A stretch of DNA of 60,242 nucleotides, from the IMG/VR virus record IMGVR_UViG_3300025127_000033, positions 1-60,242 of that record; one strand, 5' to 3'. The notes below the pieces were generated by a model. That model worked only from the letters and a program-made list of their open reading frames with translations, was not told where the DNA came from and made no database searches. This DNA comes from a virus. Lineage: Duplodnaviria; Caudoviricetes. The translations under genes and the position numbers were made by a program. This document shows positions 27,801-37,337 of the stretch, in pieces. How positions within the stretch are numbered: position 1 is the stretch's first letter; each line of letters begins with the position of its first letter.

Positions 27801-30800
27801 CGCCTTAATCTTCCCGGGTACGGAGCAATTTTTCGGTGGGCTAACCAATACTACAGCAAGAACCACTATTCTTGCTGCAAGCAAAAAAATTGGTACAGAC
27901 AAACTAACGGCTGCTGGAATGAAAAAAGCTGCTGAAGTTACGATAGGTGCTAAATTAAAATCAGCTAGTAAGGGCTTTATTGTTGAGGGTGCTAAAGAAA
28001 CATTGGAGGAGGTTGTTTTTGAGAACGCAGCACAAATGCTGTATCACAACTATGCAGCTGAACTTTCTGAAAATGAGATTGAAGCCTACAAGGTTACAAT
28101 GGATGATGCTAGAAATACTGCGATTATTTCCTTTGCTGTTGGCGGTTCGGCAGGTGGCATGAATGCTAAGAGCGAAATATCCAATATAAATAATATGGCT
28201 AGGATGGATTTTGATGATCTCATGTTCGAAATAGCGAAAAAGCCATCATCAGCAAGAAGTGAAATAGAAAGACTTCAAAAGAAAGGAATTATAACTTCAG
28301 ATGTTGCAGCGGAACTTACTACAAACTTGGAATATGCTGAAAGGTCTATAAATAATATGTCGTCCAAACTGAGAGAGAAACCTTACATATCTGCTGTGTA
28401 CAGAGCTGAAATGAGGGCTCAAAGACTAGATGCCGAGGCTTCAACTGAATCAAATGAAACAATAAAAGAATATAAAACCAACCAAGCAAAATCACAAAGA
28501 GAGTTGGCCCAAGCATTAACCGTGGTTGAAGCTGCTAGGCGAACAGGAGATTCAGCTTACATATTAAATGGAAAGGTTGTTTCAAGAACTGAAATGGACA
28601 ATTTTTTCGCCAACAAAGATGCAAGCTCTCCGCTGCTCAAAAATGCCACGTATGAAATCATAAACGACAATGACTTGTCGAATGAATTGACCGCAAGGTT
28701 TGAAGAAAGCTATAAGGAAACTAATATATCTGCCATTGTTCGTCAAGGCAAGCAAACATCCACATTAAAGCTATCTAGAAGTGAAGAGATAAAACAAAGA
28801 AAAAGAGATAGAGAAAATCAGAAAAATGGCAGAATGGATGCTATTGCACAGGCGAGTCAAGAAATTGAAATCAATCAACAAAGAATAAATAGATTTGAAG
28901 ATAGTCGCCAGGAAGATGGATCTTTTGTATTTGACTCAAAGCCTGAGGATGGCATAAAGTACACTGAAAAGGAGGTTGACGGCAAGACTCAATATGTTGT
29001 CTCGAAAAGAGAGGGAGAGAAGTTCATAAGAAATACAAAGGCTGAAATATCCAAACAAGAGGGATTTATTGAGCTTAACGAGTACACTCAAAGCCTAGAA
29101 GATTCTCTTGACGAGCAGAGAGTTGATATGGGAGACGTTTCTTTTGTTGACGCATTTTTAGCAAATCAGGAAAAATTGGTTGCTGATGAAAAAGCAAAAG
29201 GCGTTAAGAATAGAAAAGGCAATTACGAATTCAAGGAAAAGCCGAGAATGCCTCACACAGAAAAAAAGAAGGGTATACTTTCTAGAAGAACTGTATATGA
29301 GGTTTCAAAGGAAGATTTTGAAGCGTATGATGGTTCAATAAACAATCAAGAGCGAACATTAATTTCTGCTCTAAAAAAGGTTTCTGTTGGAGATATTAAG
29401 GGAATGACGGATGCCGAGGTAAAATCTGCATTGGATTTTCTGAATAAGAATGGGGAGGTTGATTTAGTGAAAAAAATCAATGATGCCAGGGGAGCTGTAA
29501 CACAGCAGGGCGAGGGCGATGTGACTCAAGAAACAGCAGAAGATGCCGAACCAACCGAGGATGCCACCACGGAAGAGGCTCCAGTTAAAAAAGCAAAGCC
29601 AAAGAAAAAAGCACCTGTCAAAAAGAAGACTCCTGCAAAGAAGAAGGCAGAGCCAAAAAAAGAAGAAGAGGCTCCGGTGGATACTGAAGACATAGCTAAG
29701 TTCAAAGAAGAAACGCAAAAGATTCTTGATAGTGATAAAAGTTTGGCAGGAAAGAAAACTGCTCTATCAGCTTTGGTGAGGAAATACGCCAAAAGATTAA
29801 ACCTTGTTGGTCAAGATGCCGCCATAGTAGATCGTATCAGAAGAGCTAAATCTCAAAGGGTTATGGCTAATGCTGTAAATGATTTTTCTAATAAAGCCAC
29901 TAGAAGAGCTCAGATACCTGGAGACTCTAAGGTTGTAAACACCGCTGTAGAACTCAAGAAAAAATTAAGAGAGATAAACTCTGCAATCAGGAAGACTAAG
30001 TCGAGTGTGAACAAGAAAATGCAAGAACTTACCAAGGGCGTTAAGCAAACCTTGAAAGAATCTGGTATAGATAGTCGAAGTAAGGTTTACAAACAGATTT
30101 TAAATAAACTAGCCACTCTTAATATAAATAGCCCTAAATCAATACTTCGGTTCGAAATGTACGTTGACAAGGTTGTGGGAGACGCTAAGTTTGAGCAGAA
30201 ACTTAAGGATGCTAACATTATAAGAAAGAAGGTCAAGAGACTAGCTAGGGGAAATAGTGTAAGCGTAAACTTAACGGAGGCTGCGAAAAGTTACGCTAAA
30301 CTAGACCCATTGATGGTTGAGAATATTGACGCTCATATTGAGTTGGGTAAAAACATTGCTAAAGGTCTTGAGAACGTAAGGCTAGACAAGGAGGGTAACG
30401 TGGTTGGCAATGAAGTGTTTAATAAAAATCAAGTTGAAAATTATGTAAAGGCTGAAACATCTAGGCAAGAAGATATTAATGCAGAAGAAACGAAGATAAT
30501 TTTGGAAGCATTAGGTATAGATACCTCTAACTTAACAAACGCTCAGGCGAAAGAGATTCTTGATGCTCAAAAAGAAGTTAAGGAAACAGGTAAAGCTAAA
30601 ACAAATGATTTTATTGATAAGGTTTCTAGGGCGTTCAACCAATACAAGGTCAACCTTGTGGCAGAAGCCAAGAGGAGAGGTCTTACCAAGTCTCAAATTG
30701 ATGCCGTCAAAAGATTCTCTGAGGTTGATCTCACAATATTAAACAACGAGAATAAAAGAGAGACGGTAATCAAGGCGATGAATATCATGAATAATTTCTA

Positions 30801-33546
30801 TGAGAATGGAGATATCGCTGGAATGGATGCTATTTCTTTGGCATATGAAGGTGCTAGAAACGTCAAGGCAGACGTGAAGAGAGGTGTTTCGGGCAGAAGG
30901 TCTACTTTGATTGGTAGGTTTTACGGCAGCGTTGTCAATCAGCTTGCAATGGAGTTTGAGAGAGTTTTTGGGGGTCAAAACGAAGGGTTCAAAATATTAG
31001 AAGCGTCAGGCGTAAATAAATTAGTGTCAGGGGCTGCTAGTGCTAGAACAATCGTAAACAATTATTTTAATGAGTACAATAAACTCCGAAAGAATAAGTA
31101 TCAAACAGCAGAGAATACTTTTGAAAGAGGTATATACGCTTTTGTTGCTAGAGTTGATAGTGGCGTTGAGACCGCAGAAGCATTCAAAAGAAGAAAGGGT
31201 CTAGTAGAACAATCTTTAGAGAAGTACAAAACCACGGACGAAAAAACATATAAAGTTCTTCAGAAGGTGTATGACAAGATTCTTAAAGATGCTAATTCTT
31301 TTCAGGAAGTAGAGGCCAAGATGGATGCTGAGAACATAAAGCTTGTTAATTACTACAGGAATAAGTTCAGCGAAAACTTTTCAGAGTTTCAGGAGATGAA
31401 CCTATCGCTAAGAAACAAGAAACTTGATCCGGATCAAAACTATTTTCCCGACTTATACTTTTCTACGGAGGGAGTTAAAGTAAGTGTGGCAGCCAAATTT
31501 CATAAACTTAATTATGATTCAGAGTCATCAGCCGGTATAGAAACAGAGAGGCCATATAAACTACCTAAGGACAGGAATATAAACTTCAATTTTGATGAGG
31601 TAGCTTACAACAAGATGAACGAGATGGTGGTTGATACAAAAACAGCAGCCGCTCTCGCTCAAATTGATGCATACATGAACTCTCCTGAGTTTGAAACTAT
31701 AGCAGGAAGCGAAAAGAATGCTGCAAGGCTAAGAGACAGAGTGAATGGCTATAGAGAGAATGTCAAGGGAGACAATCATTATGTTTCGGCAATAGAGAAG
31801 GATGCTCAAACAGCCATAATGAGATATCTAGATCCAATATTTAAGCTTGGGTATGCGAAGGCGTTATTTAGCACAATGCAGCCTGTCAAGCAAGCAGCTA
31901 GTGCATTAGTGAACACGCTATTTCAGGCTCCCTTAATGTTGATGAAGCCTGATTCTGCAAAAACATTTGTTCCTGGAAGTGCAATAAATAAGGCCATCAA
32001 TAGATCGGGAATGGCAATCGCCAACAGAGGTGCAGATACTAGGTATGAGGAGAATACCGAAGAGAAAGTTGCACTTCAGTTGTCTAAGTCTAGGTCTCTC
32101 GCATCCAAGGTGTACCTTGCGTTAGGTGTGCCATCTGAAGTTGCTCTTAAGGTGTCTGTTGGTGCTGCTGACTCAGCGGCAGCTCGTGCTTCATTTATAG
32201 CATTCTATAAAAAGAGGCTTAAAAAGATGGGGTTGACACATAAAAATATCGACTGGGCCAATCACCAGTGGAATGAGGAGGCAGCCTCATATGCGGATAT
32301 GATGGTCTCAAGAAACCAAGCACCTTCAGATACTAGATTGCGAGGCGAATTATTCACAAAGAAAGGAATGGGATTGAGTCTTCTGAGAAAAACTATTTTA
32401 CCATTCTCAAACTTTATAATGGCTCAGAAGGCAAGAATGTACTCTGATGTTAGAGCTTTAACAAACCCTAGAACAACACGAGAAGACCGGGTAGCAGCAA
32501 GTGGGTCGTTGGCAGGTACTGCGGCAGAGATGGCTGTATACCACGCTATAGGATACGCAGTGGGCAGAGTCATTATGAATAAGGTGGCAGAAGTGCTTGG
32601 ATATGAAGAGGAAAAAGATGGAGAGATGGTGGACTTCTTAGGATATGCTATACCTAAAAAAGACTTTGAGCAGTTTATGGCATACAGAGGATCTACAATG
32701 TTTGCGGATGTGTTTTCTCCTATACCAATAGCAGATAATGTTGTTAAGCGAGTAGCAAACTATGTTATCGAGGAAACTACAGGAAAAGAGGATTTTATTA
32801 AGATTTGGGATAGTGAGAATCAAACAACAGATTACTTAGGTACTGCTGGAATAGCCGTTGAAGGCTTTATGGAGATGTACGACACTTATCAATTATATAC
32901 TACTGGAGAGTATGAAGATGAAGACTTGCTAGGAAATAAGGTTGTCAAGAGGATATCTCCTGAAAGTCAAAGTATTTTGAAAGATCTTTACATCTATCAA
33001 TCATTGGCTGCATTTGGATTAATACCAGTTGATGCGGAGCGATATGTTAGCAAGGTCAAGTCATACGCCAAGAGGATGGGGCCTGACCATAAATTTAGCG
33101 ATGCTTACATTGAGCAGCTGTATGGAGAGGTTATGGAGAAACACGACCTTACAGTAGATCAAATGAAGCAATATGTTTCTTACTCTGTAGATGATAACGG
33201 AAGACGATCAGGAGAATGGAATCCTAGTATTAAATACGATGACAAGACAAAAGCGTATTTACGCATCCACAATAGAGAGAAGTACCTTCTTTATCAGGAT
33301 ATTGACAATGCTATGAAGGCTGCTGAGAAGGAGAGGGTAGACTCAAGAACAATAGAAAGAGCATTGGAGTATTTTACAATAAAGCAACTATACGTCCTGA
33401 AGGAAAACGAGCCCGAGCAGTATGAGGTTATAAGAAAAAAATATGACCTCAGAGACAATCAGATAGATGACCGAATGCAAGAGTTGGTAGATGTTGAAGA
33501 CGAGATAATAATGCGAATGCAGGCTAGGAATCAAACATCACGTTAA
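24892..33546 (+). CDS. Giant putative internal virion/ejection protein 3 (2884 aa)
   Basis: Last gene of the late operon; G/A-rich membrane-active middle segment, coiled coils, K/A/P-rich linker; no RNA polymerase catalytic motif seen. Confidence 0.65.
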   Translation: MALISTKVKELHTFLYNAGLTDLTESVFRKEFEDVRFQDEVFLKMTSTDPPAYVGSKEHFIANYVVTSEDRLPEKLSTSQISIYDDDGVEQTLKRRSDRIAQSRDVTNAINGLRTTLSDMSTNSAFSDRAKEAASGLSITGSGDLYNIVDANGATISTIDYSGFTSYSERSNILNNALTDVSDYLQQFDIDAYKNLMGGNGLNYSYVGPNSRRVRLKKAGDFELTELPPAPAKGTRLSKAGDFELTTVSDIVEEQQELEEEGGSLVAAPTMTGAITAEDISHYSSRFGNLGANGFENIQLAKGEVSFEYADIMLNKGDFSLNERIKEINEAGGTEITINGQVYNIESVTPKGEAGGNLSLVLVGKTKLTEREESRLTTIQSELKAREVDLEYFRSNPDQIDVDQLNYLEERFSELKEEEDQLLDKSEGQSQTIQLTQLGGIQQFAIGSESISQGEGVAGSVNRVLEGSREIINDSTPEGISEFSQEVTTKVIEQVNALPEDAEMTMTLYENGETVTRNAESKAEYSNYLISRYFNEAYKGIEKVEELKDVVASVEAGTYIRINGNDYDMDPFDQQSFLLEDADYMLSDLLVALTTRGKGSATGTISMLFAPTDVPKSDLRTIRGITDYRELETWYTFKGDSKGEATNYYNDRQEEIEKFQKNLAIYYNYYADLYQLSMLNGDAASAAKAKLYADNIEEVSNNMFSSDRFKSYVFVTDYLDSEKKRIENSSWATRTLYNSAATVTNSASNLAESVMNLTAGAAGIAGAGDFSQNLYNLSEDMDQFYNTYSDFSKTSKFQGADMGGGDYVEYEGYRVYVDGDGNPTKVYTEDLQHVGQFDKTQIINKILEDASFQDRTVKSSNWWSGSSATGYVGAAMGSVSDLYFAGAGTKLFMGAGRIANVARPLTSKLPKASFLSTNKAMMVKQRLTQATVFTGMMYNDIKNEARASGFTEEEANRYSWAVSGSIGAVNALIFPGTEQFFGGLTNTTARTTILAASKKIGTDKLTAAGMKKAAEVTIGAKLKSASKGFIVEGAKETLEEVVFENAAQMLYHNYAAELSENEIEAYKVTMDDARNTAIISFAVGGSAGGMNAKSEISNINNMARMDFDDLMFEIAKKPSSARSEIERLQKKGIITSDVAAELTTNLEYAERSINNMSSKLREKPYISAVYRAEMRAQRLDAEASTESNETIKEYKTNQAKSQRELAQALTVVEAARRTGDSAYILNGKVVSRTEMDNFFANKDASSPLLKNATYEIINDNDLSNELTARFEESYKETNISAIVRQGKQTSTLKLSRSEEIKQRKRDRENQKNGRMDAIAQASQEIEINQQRINRFEDSRQEDGSFVFDSKPEDGIKYTEKEVDGKTQYVVSKREGEKFIRNTKAEISKQEGFIELNEYTQSLEDSLDEQRVDMGDVSFVDAFLANQEKLVADEKAKGVKNRKGNYEFKEKPRMPHTEKKKGILSRRTVYEVSKEDFEAYDGSINNQERTLISALKKVSVGDIKGMTDAEVKSALDFLNKNGEVDLVKKINDARGAVTQQGEGDVTQETAEDAEPTEDATTEEAPVKKAKPKKKAPVKKKTPAKKKAEPKKEEEAPVDTEDIAKFKEETQKILDSDKSLAGKKTALSALVRKYAKRLNLVGQDAAIVDRIRRAKSQRVMANAVNDFSNKATRRAQIPGDSKVVNTAVELKKKLREINSAIRKTKSSVNKKMQELTKGVKQTLKESGIDSRSKVYKQILNKLATLNINSPKSILRFEMYVDKVVGDAKFEQKLKDANIIRKKVKRLARGNSVSVNLTEAAKSYAKLDPLMVENIDAHIELGKNIAKGLENVRLDKEGNVVGNEVFNKNQVENYVKAETSRQEDINAEETKIILEALGIDTSNLTNAQAKEILDAQKEVKETGKAKTNDFIDKVSRAFNQYKVNLVAEAKRRGLTKSQIDAVKRFSEVDLTILNNENKRETVIKAMNIMNNFYENGDIAGMDAISLAYEGARNVKADVKRGVSGRRSTLIGRFYGSVVNQLAMEFERVFGGQNEGFKILEASGVNKLVSGAASARTIVNNYFNEYNKLRKNKYQTAENTFERGIYAFVARVDSGVETAEAFKRRKGLVEQSLEKYKTTDEKTYKVLQKVYDKILKDANSFQEVEAKMDAENIKLVNYYRNKFSENFSEFQEMNLSLRNKKLDPDQNYFPDLYFSTEGVKVSVAAKFHKLNYDSESSAGIETERPYKLPKDRNINFNFDEVAYNKMNEMVVDTKTAAALAQIDAYMNSPEFETIAGSEKNAARLRDRVNGYRENVKGDNHYVSAIEKDAQTAIMRYLDPIFKLGYAKALFSTMQPVKQAASALVNTLFQAPLMLMKPDSAKTFVPGSAINKAINRSGMAIANRGADTRYEENTEEKVALQLSKSRSLASKVYLALGVPSEVALKVSVGAADSAAARASFIAFYKKRLKKMGLTHKNIDWANHQWNEEAASYADMMVSRNQAPSDTRLRGELFTKKGMGLSLLRKTILPFSNFIMAQKARMYSDVRALTNPRTTREDRVAASGSLAGTAAEMAVYHAIGYAVGRVIMNKVAEVLGYEEEKDGEMVDFLGYAIPKKDFEQFMAYRGSTMFADVFSPIPIADNVVKRVANYVIEETTGKEDFIKIWDSENQTTDYLGTAGIAVEGFMEMYDTYQLYTTGEYEDEDLLGNKVVKRISPESQSILKDLYIYQSLAAFGLIPVDAERYVSKVKSYAKRMGPDHKFSDAYIEQLYGEVMEKHDLTVDQMKQYVSYSVDDNGRRSGEWNPSIKYDDKTKAYLRIHNREKYLLYQDIDNAMKAAEKERVDSRTIERALEYFTIKQLYVLKENEPEQYEVIRKKYDLRDNQIDDRMQELVDVEDEIIMRMQARNQTSR

Positions 33547-34234
33547 TAGCAGTGTGTCCTCCTATGACAACGCCACAGGCGATAGCTGGCTTCTTATAGT
33601 TGCGAGCATAGGCTTGAGAATACGAGTCCCTATCTATGCCACAACCCACCTGCATGGCAAAAATATTTTTGTGCTGTCCGCATAGATGCTCGACGTAGCA
33701 CTGCGTATGAATGTGCCCTTGAACACAGCTAATCATATCGTTCTTAACTCTAGTACGGGCAGTCCCCCCCTCGCCATGTACGTATTGCACGCCATCAATA
33801 ACAAAGCGGGGCTGCCAATCCCAGTTAGTGCCAAGCACTTCATTGTAGGATTTAATCCAAGCTTTTGGTATGTTAGATGAGAACGCTTTCCGGGCTATGA
33901 GCCGGTCATGATTGCCTATACAAACCGTGGCGGTCTTAAATGCTTTGCTCCACTCCTGAACCTTCTCTATTGCAAAGTCAAGCTCCATCCCTCCTGAGAG
34001 TCCATTTGGGTCTGTCTCATGGTATGAGGCATAGTGATTATCGATGATGTCCCCACAGAAGTGTACGGCATTACAGTTAAATTTTTGATAAGTCTCTACG
34101 CAGAAATCAAGATATCCTGGAGCGCAAAAAGGCTCGTGAATATCTCCTACGATTAACAAACGTTTCTCTTTGCTTGTAAGGTTGTTGTAGGCGGCTAGTC
34201 TTTGCCCACTCAGCCTAGGTCTAACTTCAGTCAT
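33524..34234 (-). CDS. Calcineurin-like metallophosphoesterase
   Basis: GDIH, GDIID, GNHD, HG and GHIH motifs. Confidence 0.9.
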   Translation of the reverse strand: MTEVRPRLSGQRLAAYNNLTSKEKRLLIVGDIHEPFCAPGYLDFCVETYQKFNCNAVHFCGDIIDNHYASYHETDPNGLSGGMELDFAIEKVQEWSKAFKTATVCIGNHDRLIARKAFSSNIPKAWIKSYNEVLGTNWDWQPRFVIDGVQYVHGEGGTARTRVKNDMISCVQGHIHTQCYVEHLCGQHKNIFAMQVGCGIDRDSYSQAYARNYKKPAIACGVVIGGHTAINVMFDS

Positions 34235-34391
34235 TGTCTATGGATTTAAGTATTTCAGTGATTTCTTCTACTATCTCTTCAACCACATCGTACTCTTCGT
34301 CCGCCCAGGCTTCGTAAAGACTATTGACCAGATCATGAAGTTCTTCCATCGTCGTCAATATGTGTAGAAACCTGTGTGCGTGTCGTATCAT
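34227..34391 (-). CDS. Unlisted 54-aa acidic protein
   Basis: Hand translation: MIRHAHRFLHILTTMEELHDLVNSLYEAWADEEYDVVEEIVEEITEILKSIDND. Fills the gap with overlapping start and stop. Confidence 0.7.
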   Translation of the reverse strand: MIRHAHRFLHILTTMEELHDLVNSLYEAWADEEYDVVEEIVEEITEILKSIDND

Positions 34392-34633
34392 TACCTATCC
34401 ATTGCCCTCATCATAGTATCGCCAAGCGTCTTATCTATCTTGCTTATACCCCTGTATATGCGTTTAGACATCATCTTGACGTTTCTTTTTTCTTCTAAAG
34501 TAGAGTCGATTCCAAGGTTTGTGTACATAACACAATCCATTTCTAAAAGGGCATCAATCTTGCGTCGGTCTGCCCAGGTTTTATATCCGATTATCTTTTC
34601 GATTTTATTTTCAAGTTTCGGATTCATTGTCAC
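34391..34633 (-). CDS. Hypothetical protein
   Basis: 80-aa ORF coupled to its neighbours. Confidence 0.75.
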   Translation of the reverse strand: MTMNPKLENKIEKIIGYKTWADRRKIDALLEMDCVMYTNLGIDSTLEEKRNVKMMSKRIYRGISKIDKTLGDTMMRAMDR

Positions 34634-35060
34634 AATTTATTGACTTATTGTCAAAAGATTCTAGCAACTTTTCAACAAACATTATTTTTTTGCCTATTGT
34701 TGTAAACGATTCTATTGATTCTAGGATGCTTATAGCCCTATTTCTTGAGCTTGTTTGTTGTCCATTTTGAACCAAACTTTCCGTGTGGCCGTATTCGCTA
34801 ACATACGTTTCATCAGTAGCAAGTAAACTTTTATGAGTTTCTAATCCATGTATGATGGTTGCGTGGTGTCTTCCAAAAATTCTACCTATTTGACTCAGGC
34901 TCGCACCATACTTGTAATACAATATGTTGTACGCCATGCATCTAACTCTAACCAGCTCATGCTTTCTTGTTTTACTTAATAGACTGTCTACATCTACATT
35001 GTTAATCTCCGCAATTTGATTCTTTATTGCCTCGAATGTTCCCGTTCTGTTCGATTTCAT
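34611..35060 (-). CDS. DnaA domain IV-like helix-turn-helix DNA-binding protein
   Basis: LLSKTRKHELVRVR..AY...SLSQIGRIFGRHHATIIHG closely matches the DnaA C-terminal HTH signature. Confidence 0.8.
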   Translation of the reverse strand: MKSNRTGTFEAIKNQIAEINNVDVDSLLSKTRKHELVRVRCMAYNILYYKYGASLSQIGRIFGRHHATIIHGLETHKSLLATDETYVSEYGHTESLVQNGQQTSSRNRAISILESIESFTTIGKKIMFVEKLLESFDNKSINCDNESET

Positions 35061-35340
35061 TTATAGTTTTGTTTAGGTTTAAGTAATCTAAATATTCGTC
35101 TGATGTTATCTCATTAATATCTAGTATATAAAAAGGGTCTATGCCGTCATTATAATATTCTAGCTCCATGAACATGTCTTCGCTGTTTTGATCCTTTACT
35201 ATGAATCCCACTGAGTTAGGCTCTTCTATAGTAATTGGAAGTTCTTCTGCGTTTGACATAACCATGTTAACTGTAGATTGTCTTATGTCTCTTGGTAAAT
35301 CAACTAGCCTCTCAATAAGGAAGTCATTTATCTGGACCAT
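35002..35340 (-). CDS. Hypothetical acidic protein
   Basis: ORF 35002..35481; likely start ATG 35340 overlapping the end of the VRR-NUC gene. Confidence 0.7.
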   Translation of the reverse strand: MVQINDFLIERLVDLPRDIRQSTVNMVMSNAEELPITIEEPNSVGFIVKDQNSEDMFMELEYYNDGIDPFYILDINEITSDEYLDYLNLNKTINEIEQNGNIRGNKESNCGD

Positions 35341-35569
35341 ATACCTCGGTCCTGCATCCGTGTCGCTCAAGTTCTCTGAGTCTGTATTCTTGTAGTTTTG
35401 ATAGTTTCCCATTTTTAGTTTTAATTTCAGAAAATAATACATCCGCTCCAGGTGGTATCGCAATGAGATCAGGAATGCCATTCTTATTCGTTTTTATAAG
35501 TTTTATAACGTAATAACCATCAGCTTCGAGTTCTTTGATTCTTTTGAATTGGATTTGTTGCTCTCGCAT
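35324..35569 (-). CDS. VRR-NUC domain nuclease
   Basis: EQQIQ...GIPDL...FSEIK...GKLSKLQ PD-(D/E)xK pattern. Confidence 0.85.
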   Translation of the reverse strand: MREQQIQFKRIKELEADGYYVIKLIKTNKNGIPDLIAIPPGADVLFSEIKTKNGKLSKLQEYRLRELERHGCRTEVYGPDK

Positions 35570-35610
35570 ACTTTAAGATACTAAAGTCCGAAGTAAATAA
35601 AATCAACTGA

Positions 35611-36093
35611 CTATTTAATAAAGCAGACCCAATGCGTTTGCATTTTCTTGCCTGACTTGTGTCCGTACAATGGCTTCTTGTCGGTAAGCTTTAAGATGTC
35701 CTTAATTGGGAACTGAACCTCATTCCATTTAAATATCAAAGTTCCATTTGGCTTTAATACCCTGAAGCATTCCTTAAACCCTTGCCTAATCATATCCTGC
35801 CAATCATCTTGCAGAGAGCCATACTTCTTAGTTATTTGAGATTGTGACTTCTGTTTAATATGTGGGGGGTCAAAGACAACGTGATAAAATGAGTTGTCAG
35901 GTTGTTTAATATCTGTGAAATCTCCTATTATATCAGGATTAATAATGTTGGTTTTTGTACCACAAGGATAGTGGTCAATGTGAGTTTCACATCTTCTGTC
36001 AAGATACAAAGCTCTTTCATCGTGCTTATCAAACCACATCCCTTTAGGGCCACAACATACATCCAATACTATCTTTTCTTTATTTATATTCAT
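35611..36093 (-). CDS. SAM-dependent (amino-type) methyltransferase
   Basis: LDVCCG SAM-binding motif, VVFDPPH catalytic-type motif, ECFRVLKPNG. Confidence 0.85.
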   Translation of the reverse strand: MNINKEKIVLDVCCGPKGMWFDKHDERALYLDRRCETHIDHYPCGTKTNIINPDIIGDFTDIKQPDNSFYHVVFDPPHIKQKSQSQITKKYGSLQDDWQDMIRQGFKECFRVLKPNGTLIFKWNEVQFPIKDILKLTDKKPLYGHKSGKKMQTHWVCFIK

Positions 36094-37337
36094 AAAAAAT
36101 CCTTTTTAAAGTGTGATAATGTGTAGTCCTTCTTGCCACTAACCGTCTTGTAAATCTTTGTCTCTATGCCCTTCTCAGCAAAGACCCAATAGATATCATT
36201 CTTGAGTCTGTCTTTTGTGGTCATCCTATCCCTAGATTGCCAGTACGATGTCGCACTGAAGTCTATGTTGTAATATACTAAAGCATCCGCCTCTCGCAGG
36301 CTTATGCCCTCCCTACCACTTACAATCTGTAAGGCGATGTTCTTATCGCTTCCATTGAAGTCGTCAAGTTCAGTGCATAGGCTGTCTCCAAATATTTCTT
36401 TCAAGGCATTCAGCTCTTCCTTGAATTTGTAGAAGATACCTATCTTCTTATCCTTGAACCTTTCTTTGATAAACTCAGCCTTATTGTAGTCCAGGACCAT
36501 ACTATTGCCGCTTTCAAACTTAACAGTTCCGCTGCACATCTGATGAATCTTGCTCATTAACTTGACAGCAGTATCTGCAAGAATAACCTCTTCTGATCCC
36601 TCAATGACCAGATCACGCTTTAGTCTGTGCATTAGGTCATATGTACTGTCGCACATCTTAACCCTTAGAACATTCTCTTGGGTATCAACCTCGAAACCAG
36701 CGTCTTTCTGAGAAAACGATATCATATACGGCTTCATAAGTTCCATAGTACCCTTGGTTGCTCCACTGTAGTCCTTAACTCTGTGATGCCCTAGGTTTCG
36801 CTCCTTGATTATAACATACCTATCCGCAAACCTGTAGAAGTTCTTGAACTCTGAAAATGGGTTGCCGGGTATACCATAAACCTGATGAAACATCTGTGAA
36901 TAGGATTCGGGGGTTGGCGTACCTGATAACAGGATTACCTTCGCCCTCGTCTTTTTGATGAGTGTGAACACACCCTTCGCCCTCTTGGATGGTTTAGGGA
37001 ATGCCCCAAGCCCGTGAGCCTCATCCAAAACCACAACATCCCATTTGGTTTGAGGTGCTTTGTGCATCGACTCGTAGTTAATAACTGTGATGTCGTAACC
37101 GGGTGCATACATATTGTAGTCACCTTGTATTGAGCTGATTGCTTTCTTCTTGGTCAAGAACAGAACGCTCTTTGCCCCAAGCTCCTTGCATATGCCTAAA
37201 CTAGTAAGTGTCTTCCCCGTCCTGACCTCCATCGCCAAATACACAAAGCCGTATTGATTTATCTTCTCTACAGCACTATGTATTATCTCTTCTTGGTAGT
37301 GCCTAAAACGGAACATCGTCATTCTTTTCATTTCCAA
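36090..37337 (-). CDS. Superfamily 2 (SNF2/DEAD-like) helicase
   Basis: Q motif HYQ, Walker A MEVRTGKT, Walker B LDEAH, motif III SGT, motif VI QSRDR. Confidence 0.9.
   Translation of the reverse strand: MEMKRMTMFRFRHYQEEIIHSAVEKINQYGFVYLAMEVRTGKTLTSLGICKELGAKSVLFLTKKKAISSIQGDYNMYAPGYDITVINYESMHKAPQTKWDVVVLDEAHGLGAFPKPSKRAKGVFTLIKKTRAKVILLSGTPTPESYSQMFHQVYGIPGNPFSEFKNFYRFADRYVIIKERNLGHHRVKDYSGATKGTMELMKPYMISFSQKDAGFEVDTQENVLRVKMCDSTYDLMHRLKRDLVIEGSEEVILADTAVKLMSKIHQMCSGTVKFESGNSMVLDYNKAEFIKERFKDKKIGIFYKFKEELNALKEIFGDSLCTELDDFNGSDKNIALQIVSGREGISLREADALVYYNIDFSATSYWQSRDRMTTKDRLKNDIYWVFAEKGIETKIYKTVSGKKDYTLSHFKKDFL

Noticed and set aside
1348-33000. Many minus-strand ORFs within the structural module (e.g. 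1348..1881, 11659..11991, 18613..18945)
   Set aside because: Antisense shadows of long, motif-bearing plus-strand genes; no independent signals.
24892-33546. crAss-type virion RNA polymerase
   Set aside because: No DFDxD-type catalytic motif seen; host-type promoters are present.
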